The notes: generated by a model not told the origin, from the sequence alone. A stretch of 64,000 nucleotides of DNA from Octopus sinensis (GCF_006345805.1 NC_043009.1:49972001-50036000); one strand, 5' to 3'; shown: positions 27,019-40,506, counted from the first letter of the stretch. Made by a program: numbers and translations.

Positions 27019-27540
27019 GGTGGTGGTTGTGGTGGTGGTGGTGGTGGTGGTGGTGGTGGTGGTAGTAGTAGTAGTGGTAGTAGTAGTAGTAGTAGTGATA
27101 CTGCAGCTACTAGAAAAAGTGTTAATGTTAGTGATGTAAGTGTCCCGTGGTGGAGTAGTGTTAAAATTGTCAGAAATGGTGTTGTTAAGACTAGCGCTAC
27201 CGATATAACACATGTCAGCACAGTTAGTAAAGCTAGTGGTGATAGATGCTGGGGTGCTAGTGCCAGTAGTGGCAGTAGTAGTTGTAACACTGACTTTTGC
27301 AGTGGTGGTTAAGGTAGTGCTGACACTGATGATAGTGGTGTTTCTGATACTGGTGTGGTGTGGTGATAGAGTTATTGATGACATTGATAGTAAGTAGTAG
27401 AGGTGTTGGTGTTGATTGGGTTTAGTATAAATACTAATAGCATTAGTGTTGAATATGTTATTGATGAATGGTTATGGTAATCCTGGTGGTGGTGGTGGTG
27501 TGAGTGTTTGTGGCAGTGGTTGATATTACAGACATCACTC
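26468..27540. repeat. Compound (GGT)n/(AGT)n trinucleotide tract decaying 3'-ward
   Basis: About 630 bp of nearly pure GGT/AGT followed by about 440 bp of degenerate GT-rich triplets. Confidence 0.95.
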
Positions 27541-27682
27541 AATTTCAGCAAGGCCTGGCTTTGTACAGTAGAATCACCAAAGTTTTCCTCTAAACCACAT
27601 GGTAGGTTATTCTGGTCCAGTTCACCAACAAGCAATTTAACACAATCATGACATGGACATGCAGCTACATATTAACACAAGC

Positions 27683-27728
<46 letters not shown>

Positions 27729-28833
27729 ACACACACACACGCACATATGTGCACACATACAAACATACACATATACATGTATCTTACGTCTCACCCTCAC
27801 ATCATATATTATGTTTGTGTATGATAGGGTAATGTGCTTATGAGCACATCTCTAAATGTGAGTACATCCATTGCATAAACACATTAACTGCAGTGCTACA
27901 CATGCATACACACACACACACACACACAAACCGAAAAGTTAGCACCAGACATATTTCTTGAAGAGGTAGCGGGTGGGGTGGAAGGACATTTAAGTTTGAT
28001 GAATGGTAGGAACAAAGGCATTATCAGGAAGAATTGCCATGGCAACAACGTAAGCAAAATAGCCAGAAGAACAAGCCATATCAGTGTTGCCGCCACAAAA
28101 TATGGTGTTTAAACTATAAAGCAAGGTGAAAAGATGTGAAGAAGTGACTGACCAGAGTTTCGAGAATGATAGAGGATGTTATTAGAAGTCTTAAGATTTA
28201 GTAGACTTAATGACTATATGTGCTGATGATGGTGATGATGATGATGATGCTGGGGAAGAGGGGGTGATTGTAGCCTCTTGAGATTAAAACCCAAGTTAGC
28301 TGTAGTTGTTGTTGTTGTTGTTGTTGTTTAAACCTCAGATCAATCTTCAATGAGTAAACATATCAAAGTCATTCCAACCATGACATCACCTCATTTCAAG
28401 GGATATCTGGGACTAGATCATGTGTTCTGCCTTCCTTTTTCAAAAGAGTTGTGCATGATTTATTGCAGGTTTGGCTGCTACTGTTAGTAGATCAAATGAC
28501 TAATGTAAAAGATCTCTTCACTGGCTCAAAAACTAGCTTTGTAAATGAGGTTTTATTTTAATTAATTTGCTCCAGTATATTGCTGGTATTGCTTTATTGC
28601 CACTGAGAAAGTTTCAACATCAGACATTGAAATATTAAATTGCCTCACATGTATTACTTCAACAGCACTTCTAAATAGGCTGAAGTTTTGTTGTAAGGAG
28701 TAGCTTCAGGGTCTGAAGAGTATGTGGTACTGGGTACAAAGTGGGCAGTAGATGTGAGTGTGTATGAGTGCGGTGGGAGTTACAGCTTTTAATTGCCTTA
28801 ATTTTCAAATGTATCTTTAATTTTTACCCAGAA

Positions 28834-29350
28834 CTAGCAGTATCGCCCGGCGTTGCTCGGCTTTGTAAGGGAAATAACTATATAAGCATTTTTAGAGAGT
28901 TACTTCCCTTATAGATGCCAATTTGGGCTTTCTTAGCCATTTCTGTTTTGGTGTCTTCAAGCCATGAAGTCGTTCTTCTAAAAGAACGCTGGTCTCCTTG
29001 ACAACGCTTTACGACGTTGATTTCCTTACACTCCCTTCCCCACAGCTTCACGTGGGAGGGAAGAAGGGGAAGAAGCAAACACAGGTGCAGGTGTTTGAGC
29101 GTGGGCGCCAACTCCGCCGCCATCGACACACGAAAAATTATGCATTAAAATGGAATAAAAAATGATGTTAAATTATTTTTAAAATCGTAGACTCGTCGTA
29201 GACGCGCGCTAATAGCCAGACGGGCTCGATATTAATCACGACTATAAGATACCCGAATTTGGTTAAACTGCACCGCAAAATGTGGGAGGAGTTAGGAATC
29301 TAAATCGAAGGGGACAGACACTCACACAACTACAGTTTTATATATATAGA
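28834..29350 (-). mobile_element. Non-autonomous Helitron (517 bp), same family as 23034
   Basis: Same A|TC...hairpin-CTAG|T termini and shared terminal blocks, plus an extra internal segment at about 28912-29140. Confidence 0.87.
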
Positions 29351-29814
29351 TATGAACCATTTGGCAATATAAGTGGCTGAGCTGTCTTTTACTGGCGATC
29401 AACCTGTGGGCAGCAATGCTTTATTATGATGTATTTAATTTTACAGAATCATGTCAATATACAGTGAAAATTGTTAGTAAAAGAAAATAAGTCAACCATT
29501 AATGATATTTGAGAAGCACCAGTACAGTTGACTGAACAGTTCTATATATATTGTATTACCAGTGAACCTTTTATAGATTATAGAATGATAAACAAGCAAG
29601 TCAAAACACGCTCTACCATTCTTTCTTTCTCCTTCATTCTCTATCTTTCTTTGACAAAGACAAATATAAAAACAATTGGCTATCTCCAAAAATTTGTAAT
29701 CATATGTCCTTGTTAAAAATTGTTATGAAAATTATTTTGCAGAGTATGTCTACATGTCTGTACATATTGCTGACAAAATTGTTTGCGAGTTGGGTAAAAT
29801 GATTAGCAGCCTTT

Positions 29815-29970
29815 ATTCCAGCTCTTTACACTCTGAGATCAAATTCTGCCGAGGTCAACTTTGCCTTTCATCTTTTTGGGGGGTTGATAAAATACGTTGT
29901 AGTTGAGTGCAGGGAGGTTGATGTAATCGACAAATCCCTTTCCCTCAAATTGCTGGCCTTGTACTAAAAT
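29815..29970 (+). mobile_element. Diverged SINE family B copy
   Basis: GATCAAATTCTGCCGAGGTCAACTTTGCCTTTCATCTTTTTGGGGGGTTGATAAAAT. Confidence 0.75.
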
Positions 29971-30170
29971 TTGAAACAGTTGTTGCTACTACTACTACTA
30001 CTATACTACTACTACTACCACCACCACCATGCTGCTATGCATTTTGTCCAATGTGTTAATCATTTGACTATACACTTTCCCCCAGATCTCAGGACTTGTA
30101 TCTATAAAAGAAAGAATTATTATTGTTGTATTTAGGAATGGTCATTTTGCCAGTTTAGCTAATAAAGAAT

Positions 30171-30568
30171 TATTATTATTATCATTATTATTATTATTAT
30201 ATTATTATTATTATTGTCATCATCATAATTTTTATTCTGGCCTTATGCCAAAATTTAAAGCCAAAATTATTATTATAAAACTATTACATGTTACTTTAGT
30301 TAGCAGGGATGTTGTTTGAGATTCGGGGATAATCCTCAAATTTTAAAAATCATTCTTAAGATTCTTACAGAAAACAGGATAGCCCCTTTCTGCAGGTCAA
30401 CAACACATGTCTCAATTCCAATATTTGGTCTCTTGGGTAGCAATTTGGGTATTGTGCTAAGTGCACCTATTACCATTGAAATTATTGTTACCTGCGTCTT
30501 CCACAGTCTCTGGGTAGGTCCTGGTATTTCTCAATTGTTTCAATTTCTTTGGTATCTATTGCTTGGTC
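30171..30568 (-). mobile_element. 3' end of an R4/Dong-type (restriction-like endonuclease) non-LTR retrotransposon with (TAA)n tract
   Basis: Minus strand gives DQAIDTKEIETIEKYQDL, frameshift, QRLWKTQVTIISMVIGALSTIPKLL..IGIETCVVDLQKGAILFSVRILRMIFKI* (stop 30336-30338), then a short UTR and a TAA run. Confidence 0.8.
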
Positions 30569-32243
30569 TTAAAACTTAATTTTTTTTCTCTCTTTATGGA
30601 TTTTTAGAGATTTTGTCAGCAAGTGATTTAAAATTCAAAGACACGCAAATATTTCACTGAGAAACAAAGGATTTTTGACCTCTGATGTAGATGGTCCCTT
30701 AGCTCATTACAAGAATTTCTTTATTGATGAGTACAAGAGCTCAATGTCAATCTAGTTCATTATTTAATAGTTAAAACGGGAACTTATACTCTAGATGCCC
30801 AAAGTACATTACAACTGTATCAAATCATCCATTTTACAATATTTCTCTTTCTTTCCTTGATACATTATTATCTCTTTCACTATATTCCTCACAACTGCAA
30901 CAATTAAAAAGTTAAACAACTGGATTCAATTCACAAATACAATTTATGATTTCAATTAAAATAAAACTGAATTTCAATAAATAAATTTTTTTCTCATGTA
31001 AAGATTTTAATTTTCTTCAAGAGGAAAGCAATTTTTCTTCACCAGCTCTTCTGTACACACACACCTATACGCATGAATAAACCTCTTTCACAGCAATAAT
31101 TTCTGAAGATTTTCACTATGAAAAGAAAAACTATTTTAACACAAGATATAAGGATTATTTAAATTATATGAAGAATTAATAAGAAAGGAGTAAAAAAAAA
31201 AAAAATTGCTAACAATCGATTTATATGTGATGTGATGATGAGTGGAAAACAACTGCTAAAACTAAGTCCAAATATTGAGGTTGTATAGAATAAGAAAAGA
31301 AAAAAGATAAGAATTCTTTAAAATTGTAATAATAATTCAAAATTAAAGGCCTAAAACATAACTTGGAAATATATTTCAAAAACATACAGGAATGAGAGAA
31401 ACTACATGGAAAGAAGAAGAGAAAAAACTGAAAGCAAAAAAGACAATTTCTTAATTGTTCCAAACTTATACTTTCCAGATTAACATTCCAAATACTTTAA
31501 TGGAAAATATGAAGTTTCTTTATGATTCATTTTTCTCTTGACATTAGTATTTTTTTTCTTCTAAATATCTTTAATTCCATGAAGTCAATGCCTTATCTTG
31601 CTTTATCTTGTAAATAGTTCAAAGTTTTAGTTTCTCTTTTGATCAACTATTATACAACTACATATAGTATAGATGGCAAACAAGAATATATTTTCTATAT
31701 CAATAAATGTATACTTTTACATATATTTCGTATTATTTCACTTATCACATAATCAGAAAATCCAGAGATGAAAGACTCTACTTCATAGAAGAAATCTGAA
31801 TAAGACCAAATCATGTCTAGAGTTATCACCCTTACTTGAATGGAAAATAAAAACAACAAATATTAGTAATTTACAAACACAATCTATTTTGTTTCTTCAC
31901 ATATCTCATACTTATCGCTGGGTAGTTTTTTTTAATACTCCAGGCATTAAATATGTCAACATAAAACATATATTACTATAAATATTATTATTATTAACAG
32001 AATTGTCACTTGTCACTACTTCTTCATTTATTGTAGAAAACATATATTACTATATATTCTAAGGTAAAACATTACAAGAACAACATTGGCAATTATAATT
32101 AAATCCTCATCATTTGTGTTGTACATTCTTCATTTTTCTTCTAATAATGAGCCTAACCACTGATTCAATATGACTACTTATTCACTTCTTTGATACATAT
32201 GTACTCTTAACTTAAATCCCAAATTAGTGCCAACCCATTTTAA

Positions 32244-32450
32244 CCATTTTCTACCAAATTTCTGTAGAAATATACTGCTTTTGCTTCAATTAATTTTGAA
32301 AATAATGGAGAATTTAGTAAAATAATTTTGTCATTTTCAAGCTAGTGTTTGTAACTTAAAATAATTTGAAATTTTGCTAGAAAGTTTTAATTTAGATCAC
32401 TTTAAAATACAGAACTAAGGGCAGTCTCAGGCAAGTTGGTATCAAAAAGA
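32244..32450 (+). mobile_element. Degenerate copy of the TTAA-type MITE seen at 36488
   Basis: Shares AATTTAGTAAAAT..TTTGTCATT..AAGCT and AGAACTAAGGGCAGTC.CAGG.AAGTTGG.ATCA with 36488-36712. Confidence 0.55.
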
Positions 32451-32653
32451 TAAAACTAGGAACATGGAAGAGCACAGCAATGTGGTATCAGTTTAAGGTT
32501 AAAGTATAATGGAGATCAATAATTCCATTTAAAAATAAGATGTTTCTCTAAGTAAGTTTTCCTTCCAAGTGAATTATGTGGTAGCAAGCATTTCGATCTG
32601 AGTGACGATCATGACTTATCTCCTAAATTCATAGAAAACTATGAAGTTATATA

Positions 32654-33041
32654 AGGAGGAAGTACTCCGTCGGTTACGACGACGAGGGTTCCGGTTGATC
32701 CGAATCAACGGAACAGCATGCTCGTGAAATTAACGTGTAAGTGGGTGAGCACTCCACAGACATGTGTACCCTTAACGTAGTTCTCGGGGATATTCAGCGT
32801 GACACAGAGAGTGACAAGGCCGGCCCTTTGAAATACAGGTACAACAGAAACAGGAAGTAAGAGTGAGAGAAAGTTGTGGTGAAAGAGTACAGCAGGGATC
32901 ACCACCACCCCCTGCCGGAGCCTCGTGGAGCTTTAGGTGTTTTCGCTCAATAAACACTCACAACGCCCGGTCTGGGAATAAAAACCGCGATTCTACGACC
33001 GCGAGTCCGCTGCCCTAACCACTGGGCCATTGCGCCTCCAC
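32654..33041 (-). mobile_element. tRNA-derived SINE family C, long variant, with 13-bp TSD
   Basis: Head TGGAGGCGCAATGGCCCAGTGGTTAGGGCAGCGG; tail ...GTCGTCGTAACCGACGGAGT; TSD ATGAAGTTATATA at 32641-32653 and 33042-33054. Confidence 0.92.
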
Positions 33042-33462
33042 ATGAAGTTATATATATATTGGTTAAAAAAGATGTAGAAGAAGTGAGCACAAGATTGTCG
33101 TAATCTTTTCCATAGCATCTTGGAATGTCCATAACAAAATAACGAATGTCTTGCTGTGAACTAACAGTAGTTTAGAGTTGTAGTGTAATGCTATCCACAA
33201 TTCAATTACTTGTCAACACTCTTCTATTAAGAAATTAATCAATGTGTTGCAGAAAGAGGAAGCTGTGGCCACAAAGAAGATAAGTGACTGCCAAAGAGGG
33301 ATTATTATTCGACAAGAGTATCAATAAACACCCTTAAATCATTAATTGCAATGTTATGCTCCTGAGGACAAATTGAGTTTTGTATGAGGAGTTGCCCAGA
33401 ATATGCATACTTGGGATGTGAATAACTAGAATGTCAGAGGGGAATAGAGCAGAGATGTTTAA

Positions 33463-33683
33463 CCCTTTAGCATTTAAACCGGCCATATCTGGCCAAAAGT
33501 ATTCTACCTGTTTTATGTTCAAAATGGCCAGATCTGGTCTCTCACACCAACCCTACAATATCGTTTTAAAAATTAACAACTACCTCATCAAAATCTCATA
33601 GCTTCAAGATAATGCATGATTAGTTCAAGGCAATGTGGATAAAAAAGCATTAATTTTGGTAGAATAATGTGAACACTAAAGGG
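33463..33683. mobile_element. piggyBac-type MITE (221 bp)
   Basis: TTAA|CCCTTTAG ... CTAAAGGG|TTAA: TTAA duplication, 8-bp perfect TIR, non-coding interior. Confidence 0.85.
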
Positions 33684-35422
33684 TTAAGGATGATCAAGGA
33701 TGTCAAGGACTGAGATACAGTAGAGGAGAATGCTATTGTCCTGTAACTGGAAGCAACATGTAATGATGCTGAATTAACCTTAAACCAGAAAGTTATTCTA
33801 AATGCCTGCAAGGTGGCAGTGGCGTTTAAACTATATATATTCCATATGATGGGCTTTCATACACTTTACATCTACTCAATTTCAGTCATTGGGTTATCAA
33901 TATGAGGCTATGATTGGAGATACTTTTCCAAAGTACCACACAGCAGGATTGAACCAAGTGCCATGTGATAACACAGTAAATTTTACCTAACTACACAGCC
34001 ATCCTCGTTACTCGGAACAATTTTGTTATGTCATTGCTTTGTAATTACAAAGGCTGTAAGGTTTACATAATTGACTGCAGTTGAAATAGCCACTGTACTG
34101 TTGCTATATACTGTTTCTAGACAAAGAGCGATTATTTGCATTAGACTACCAAGCTATAAATCAGGTGTTACGATCTCATAATAATCTAACACCAAGAAGC
34201 ATATGGACTTATATAAATACTTGTGAAAATTCACATGTAATATTAATAAAACACAACTCACAATCAGCAGTGTTCAAGCTTTCATAGAAAAATACATATA
34301 ATATCATAAAAGAAGATGGCTGGAAAGTGAAATAAAGCGACCGGAGCTTGAACCCAAAACCATTACAGTCATAACTAAGTTTAAATCTAAAAAGAAAAAT
34401 TGCTTTAGTAGAAGAATAGAGAAATAAATTTTCTTTTGAAAATTTGAAATGAATCTATGTATTCTATTTAAAATTAGAAGTGACAGAATTTATTTAAGAC
34501 CTGTCAAGAAAATGGTTTGAAAGACACACAAACTGTATTATTTCTTTCTCTTTTTTCTGTAGAATAATTCAATTCTAAAGAATCTAAAGGCTTCTTTGTT
34601 CTTCCAATTAAATTAAGAGAACATTCTTGAAGTACATATGATAATTTGGTTAATCTCAGACTAGCTTTAAACACTTAAATCAGCCTGCTGTATATATTGC
34701 TTATACTCCACCGATTCACCGCCTTTCATGATTTGCTGAAGTCTTTTTACACGCCTTATGGGAGGTTTAAATAGTGTTTGCCTGTCACAAGTATGAAGTT
34801 ATAAACACTGTGAATTGGGGAGAGAGAGAGGGGCTGAAGTGGTTGAAAATGTAACATGTTTAGCAGTTAGTGTGTGTACAATACAAGAAGACAGTGGCCA
34901 CAGCAGAGACAGTTCTGTATATGCAACCAAAATGATACTGCTTAGCAATATCATGAAGCATTAATCTCATGTACATTCTCTCTTCAAATTAATTATACAT
35001 TGTAGGCTTAATGGAATCGTGGCTTTTTGTTTGTACTTCCTGCAAGACGCTTTGCAAGTGTGAAGCTTTTGTTTGAGGCAAAATAAAAAAAAAAAAAAAA
35101 TGCAGTGTGAGAAAGAAAAGGAAAGGAAAGGAAAAAGGAAGATGAATAGACTTGACAGCTTACCATTGCTGATGTAAACATACAAGGTTTCCAATTGTAA
35201 ACAGCTCCTCCAAGTGAGAAGCAACCGAAAACTTACACCATATTGACTTCTTTTAATCTCTTTCTTTAATCTCCTCTCACTCTAAACCTGTTTCCACCAC
35301 CACCACTACCACCATCACCAACGGCAGCAGCAACAACTGCTCTCTTTCTACAACTTGCTTTACCAATGGCAATAGTTGAATCTTTTTAAATAGCCACAAA
35401 ATGACAGAAAGTCAGTGCTAAA

Positions 35423-35481
<59 letters not shown>

Positions 35482-35588
35482 TAAATATACTAAATATACA
35501 TACAAACATACATGTATACATAAATGCATATATATGTGCATATATATATATATATATGTATATATGTGTGTGTGTGTATATGTATATT

Positions 35589-35650
<62 letters not shown>

Positions 35651-36487
35651 TGTATGTATACATAAATAAATAAATATACACACACACTGTTTGAGGTTTC
35701 TTCCATTAAGTGAGTGAAATACTTCCTAAGGCTGGAAGAATGTCCCATTAAATACAATTAGATTATTGTTTGTAATAAAATTAAGAACGTAAGTATTGAA
35801 AAGTTTCACCAATCAAATAGATCTAAAAGTAAGGGGACAAATAAGCCCAAAGAAAAGAAATGTCTAACAATAATTATAAACTGAATAAGTTTTCATATAA
35901 CAAGATATGCAAACTATAGTTTATAAATGATGCCTTTCTTCTTGGAGAGCTGCCCTTTTCACATATATCAATACTTTAATGGGGGAGAGAGAGAGCATAG
36001 ATACTGGAGCCAGGAGTTCCTTAGTTCAAGTTTTGACATTATCTTTTCTCTCTTTTTTATTATGATTTATTCTGAAAGAAGGATAAGAGCTCATGGCCTC
36101 TGCAAGTCCAGACTGTAGAAGGTTTTGTTGATTAATTTAGATATATGTCAGTTTATGTCAGCAGAAAAGATGCAAGTGAAAAGAAAATATTGGACATACT
36201 GATCAGAACAAGGTCTGTAGTCAGACAGTACATATGATGAGAGAAGTGCAGGATGATCCTGGGGTGAATTTGTAAGCAACTAGTCTATTTATAGAGCAGA
36301 GAGCATGGTGGTTGTGGTAGAATGCAGTGATAGCATGTTTTTGGGTTGCAGCCTGTTGTGTATTGGTGAGGGAATTTTAGTCAGTCAGTTACATGGCTTT
36401 CTTTTGGTGTGATGTAGGCTTTTTGTTTATATAGCAACAATATTGTGTCAGATGTGGAAGCAGTATTCCAAGAAGTTGAAGCACTAA

Positions 36488-36712
36488 CCCTTTAGTAACT
36501 ATATCTCTCTTGAAATACATTAACTTTGTTTCAATTCATTTTTAGAATTACGGAAAAAAATTTAGTAAAATTACTTTGTCATTATTAAGCTGGTTTTGGG
36601 AACATAAATTATCAAGAAATTTTGACGGAATATTTTAATTTAAATCGCTTTAAAACAGGAAATTTGTATCATAGAACTAAGGGCAGTCACAGGTAAGTTG
36701 GAATCATAAGGG
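36488..36712. mobile_element. Second TTAA-type MITE family, eroded ends
   Basis: CTAA|CCCTT ... AAGGG|TTAC; related sequence at 32244 and probably inverted near 47040-47266. Confidence 0.6.
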
Positions 36713-37281
36713 TTACATGAAGGGGCAGGATTAAGGGCAGAAGAAATGTACACTTGTATACATTACCAATTGATTGTCAAGCATGTTGCTGACAATTGTA
36801 ATATTTTAGTAGATCAAAAACTGAGGGAAATGGTAGATTATCAATCCAAATAATTTACAGCATAATTTCATCCTTCTACTTTTTGGGTTCCAATTGCACA
36901 ATAATCAATTTTACCTTTCACTGATCCTGGGAGGATGAAATTAGTACAAAGAAGTTATTGGTGTTGACTGGGCTGACTGTCTTCCTCTAAAAGTGTGCCT
37001 ATGTAAGAAATCAACATGTTCTTTATCTTTGTGCCAACTCATTATTATTATTATTTTAACATCCACTTTTTCACTTTTGCATGGATCAAACAAAGTTTAG
37101 TTAGGAAAATTTTTAAGATGCCTTTCCTATCACCAACTGTTGTTACCTGTTTCCACATTAAGTAATACTTCCCTATGGCTAGACATGTTTATGCAGAATA
37201 TTGGAAATTACAACAATCTCACAATGTCAGGACAAGGAACCCTGCCTCACCCCATACACACAGGCACAATGGACTTCTTTT

Positions 37282-37516
37282 GCTTTCTTATCTCTTTACT
37301 GTCCACAAGGGGCTACACACAGAGGGGACAAACAAGGACAGACAAACGAAATAAGTCGATTATATCGACCCCAGTGCGTAACTGGTACTTAATTTATTGA
37401 CCCCGAAAGGATGAAAGGCAAAGTCGACCTCGGCGGAATTTGAACTCAGAACGTAACAGCAGACGAAATACGGCTACGTATTTCACCCAGCGTGCTAACG
37501 ATTCTGCCAGCTCGCC
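37282..37516 (-). mobile_element. SINE family B copy
   Basis: Near-identical to 18604-18828. Confidence 0.9.
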
Positions 37517-37977
37517 TTCTTTTGCTTTCTGTCTACTAAATCCACTCACCAAGCTTTGGTCAGTCCAGGGCTATAGCAGAAGACACTTGTACAAAATCCT
37601 ATGTGAATCTGTAACCATATAGTATTAGGAACCAACCTTCTAAACCATACAGCCAGTTAAATATAATCAGAGTATCAAATTTATTTAGCATATCATTATA
37701 AAGATATTTGTAAGTGATGAGATGAATCAAATATTGTCTACGTACTCAACATCTTTGGAGTAAATCACTGTGTGGTTTATTTATTGTTTAACCTGCCTTA
37801 CATTAGAGATCAGACAGGTTGTCTGTTGTGAAAACTGCACTACAGAAATGTTGAAGCAGCAGCCTTCCTGTTATCCATGAAATATAAGAAAGGGATTCAG
37901 CTTATGTATGAAGATGGACATTAAAAATAGAAGCACATAACAAACATGAAACACTTAAAGGAACACATAAAGATAGT

Positions 37978-38122
37978 AATCATCATCATCATCATTTAGC
38001 GTCCGTTATCCATGCTAGCATGGGTTGGACGGTTTAACTGGGGTCTGTGAAGCTGGAAGGCTTCATCACGCCCAGTCAGATTTGGCAGTGTTTCTACGGA
38101 TGGATGCCCTTCCTAATGCCAA
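37978..38122 (-). mobile_element. RTE-associated (GAT)n-tailed element, 5' truncated
   Basis: CATCATCATTTAGCGTCCGTTATCCATGCTAGCATGGGTTGGACGG...GGATGCCCTTCCTAATGCCAA. Confidence 0.85.
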
Positions 38123-38469
38123 TATATTATATTATATTAATGATGAAATTTTTGCTGTTATATAGTCCAAGGTCAGACCTGAAGAAGTGCACTAAGGAAC
38201 AAAGACATTCCAATCATGACCATCTATATTTTCCTCCCATCACAGTGTAACTAGGACAACATTATTCAATATATCCTTTTCTTATGATTGTATAGTGGTT
38301 TTTGAGGATATTTGGTAATTACATCTTGCAAGTCAGCCACCTTGCTGGTTCGTGAAAGGAATAAAGTAAATGAGATGAGAAGTATATTGCAGTAGAAAGT
38401 GGGTTCAACTGAAAAGAGTTGGCCACAGCTGGTGGATATAGGATGAAAAATACAGCAAGATGACATATA

Positions 38470-38785
38470 CTAGGTCATCCCATAAATAATGCGGTTTTTT
38501 CAATTGCACGAACTAAAAGACGGAAGGGGACAGGATAAACTACCTGCATCATCTTGCAATAAAAGCAGGTAGTGATTTTACCTTGTCCTTATTCTTAGTG
38601 CAAGTTTTGAAGAGTGCAATTTGATTTTAACACTTAATTTTTCAAAGCTATAATGGAAATGACAAAAGAGTGTATTCGGCATATTTTGCTTTATGAGTTA
38701 AGCTCCAACAGAAAGTGCGAGGAATATTAAGTGTAAGTCAGTATCAACAGTGGTTCCAAAAGTTCCAAGCTGCTATTTGCACTGT
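38470..38785 (+). mobile_element. mariner-type transposon 5' relic (TIR plus transposase N-terminus)
   Basis: TA|CTAGGTCATCCCATAAATAATGCGG terminus; from 38653 MEMTKECIRHILLYE, then frameshifted TESARNI and QQWFQKFQA, matching the mariner paired-like HTH. Confidence 0.75.
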
Positions 38786-39439
38786 CCAAAAGTGTGGTTG
38801 GTCCCACATAAGCCTTCACCACAGAAAACAAACCATCTGTGTGGGTAGTGTAATTGTTACAATATTGGCAATTTGACTGTCATGCATTTCACACGCACGC
38901 ACGCACACACACACACACACACACACCACACACACACATTTGTAATAAGGAAGTCAGACCAAATAGTGATATTTTATGTGACTTCATTATTACAACTAAT
39001 ACGAATCAATGCCAGTACAAACTAATCAATGTTGACTCCACTTATGCAGATATTCTAATAATGCTTTAGAGTTGTTTGTTATATTTGACTCAAGGCAAAA
39101 ATTCTGGTACCACGTACCTCTTCTTAATATAATATGAAATATATGTATGCGTGTGTATACATACACACACATAAAAAGAAAGAGAAAGAGGGAGGATGGT
39201 GAGGGGGAAAGGATGGAGAAGTGTCAGAAAAACTTGGAGAAAATAAAATGCACCTTCAAAAAGTCTGTTTTTCAATAATGCAATGATTACAGAATAAGGA
39301 ATACCAAAAAAAAAAAGAAAAATGCTATTGTGCAACCGACAAGTGCAGGGCAAATAGCATCAAGAAACTGAACTGATAATAAAGCTACTGTAACAAATTG
39401 CTGATGCTGATAATAATGATGATGTTGATGATGAAGATA

Positions 39440-39477
<38 letters not shown>

Positions 39478-40370
39478 GATTATGATGATGATAATGATGA
39501 TGATGATATTTGAACAGTAAATATGAATTTCTTTTCAATCTTAAACCCATGTCGGAATAAAGAAAACAACGTAAAAACATGGCAATGGTGAATATGGGGA
39601 TAATGGTAATGATGTTGGTGGTAGTGGTGGTGGTGACGATGTTGGTGGTAGTGGTGGTAGTAGTGATGATGATGTTGCTGATTTTGAGACAATGCTTAAG
39701 TGTCACGGAAATTATCCCGCCACACTCCCGGGAGGCTAAGATTAAAATGATTTCAACAAGTCTTTTGGATAAACACAGTAAGCAATCAATTCTGCAATGC
39801 CAAGAACAAACTAAGAGTAACGAAGAACAACAACAGTAACAACAATGTGAACTGAACAAAAACTTCAGAGCAGCTATAAAACACGAAAAAACGAAAGATA
39901 ATACAGAAATTAGCAATCAATCAATATTTACTATCCGCTCCTTTTCCCACCAATTCAAAGTTATTTTCATTAGAAAAATAAAAGTTTAGCACCTTTTTAG
40001 TTCCAAGTCTTTGGACTTGGTTGAAATCTGAGATGTTCAACACTACCAAAAAAACGACCCACACACCACCACCACCATTGGTGTATTAAAAAGTAGAAAA
40101 AAAGAACTGATAAAGAAGAAGAAAAGAAGAAGAAGAAGAAAAAGAAGAAAAAAATGAATATCTAAAAAGAAAAGGGGAAGAAATTAATTATTGAACATTG
40201 TTGTTGTAGTTGTTATTAAAACAACCTGTTTCCTAAAAAGAACAAAAATAATTAAAAAAGTAATCTCCTTCCTTTCTTTCATATATATATATATATATAT
40301 ATATATGAAAGAAAGGAAAAATATACATATGTATTAGATATATATATATATATATATATAATATATATAT

Positions 40371-40415
<45 letters not shown>

Positions 40416-40444
40416 TAGATAGATAGATATAGGTATACATATAT

Positions 40445-40477
<33 letters not shown>

Positions 40478-40506
40478 CTCATAGACACATATATATAAAA
40501 AATGTG

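Noticed and set aside
26344-27384. 346-aa Thr/Pro/His-rich ORF resembling a mucin
   Set aside because: It drifts through the Thr, Leu/Pro and His/Tyr registers of one trinucleotide repeat; the G-poor strand avoids stops by composition.
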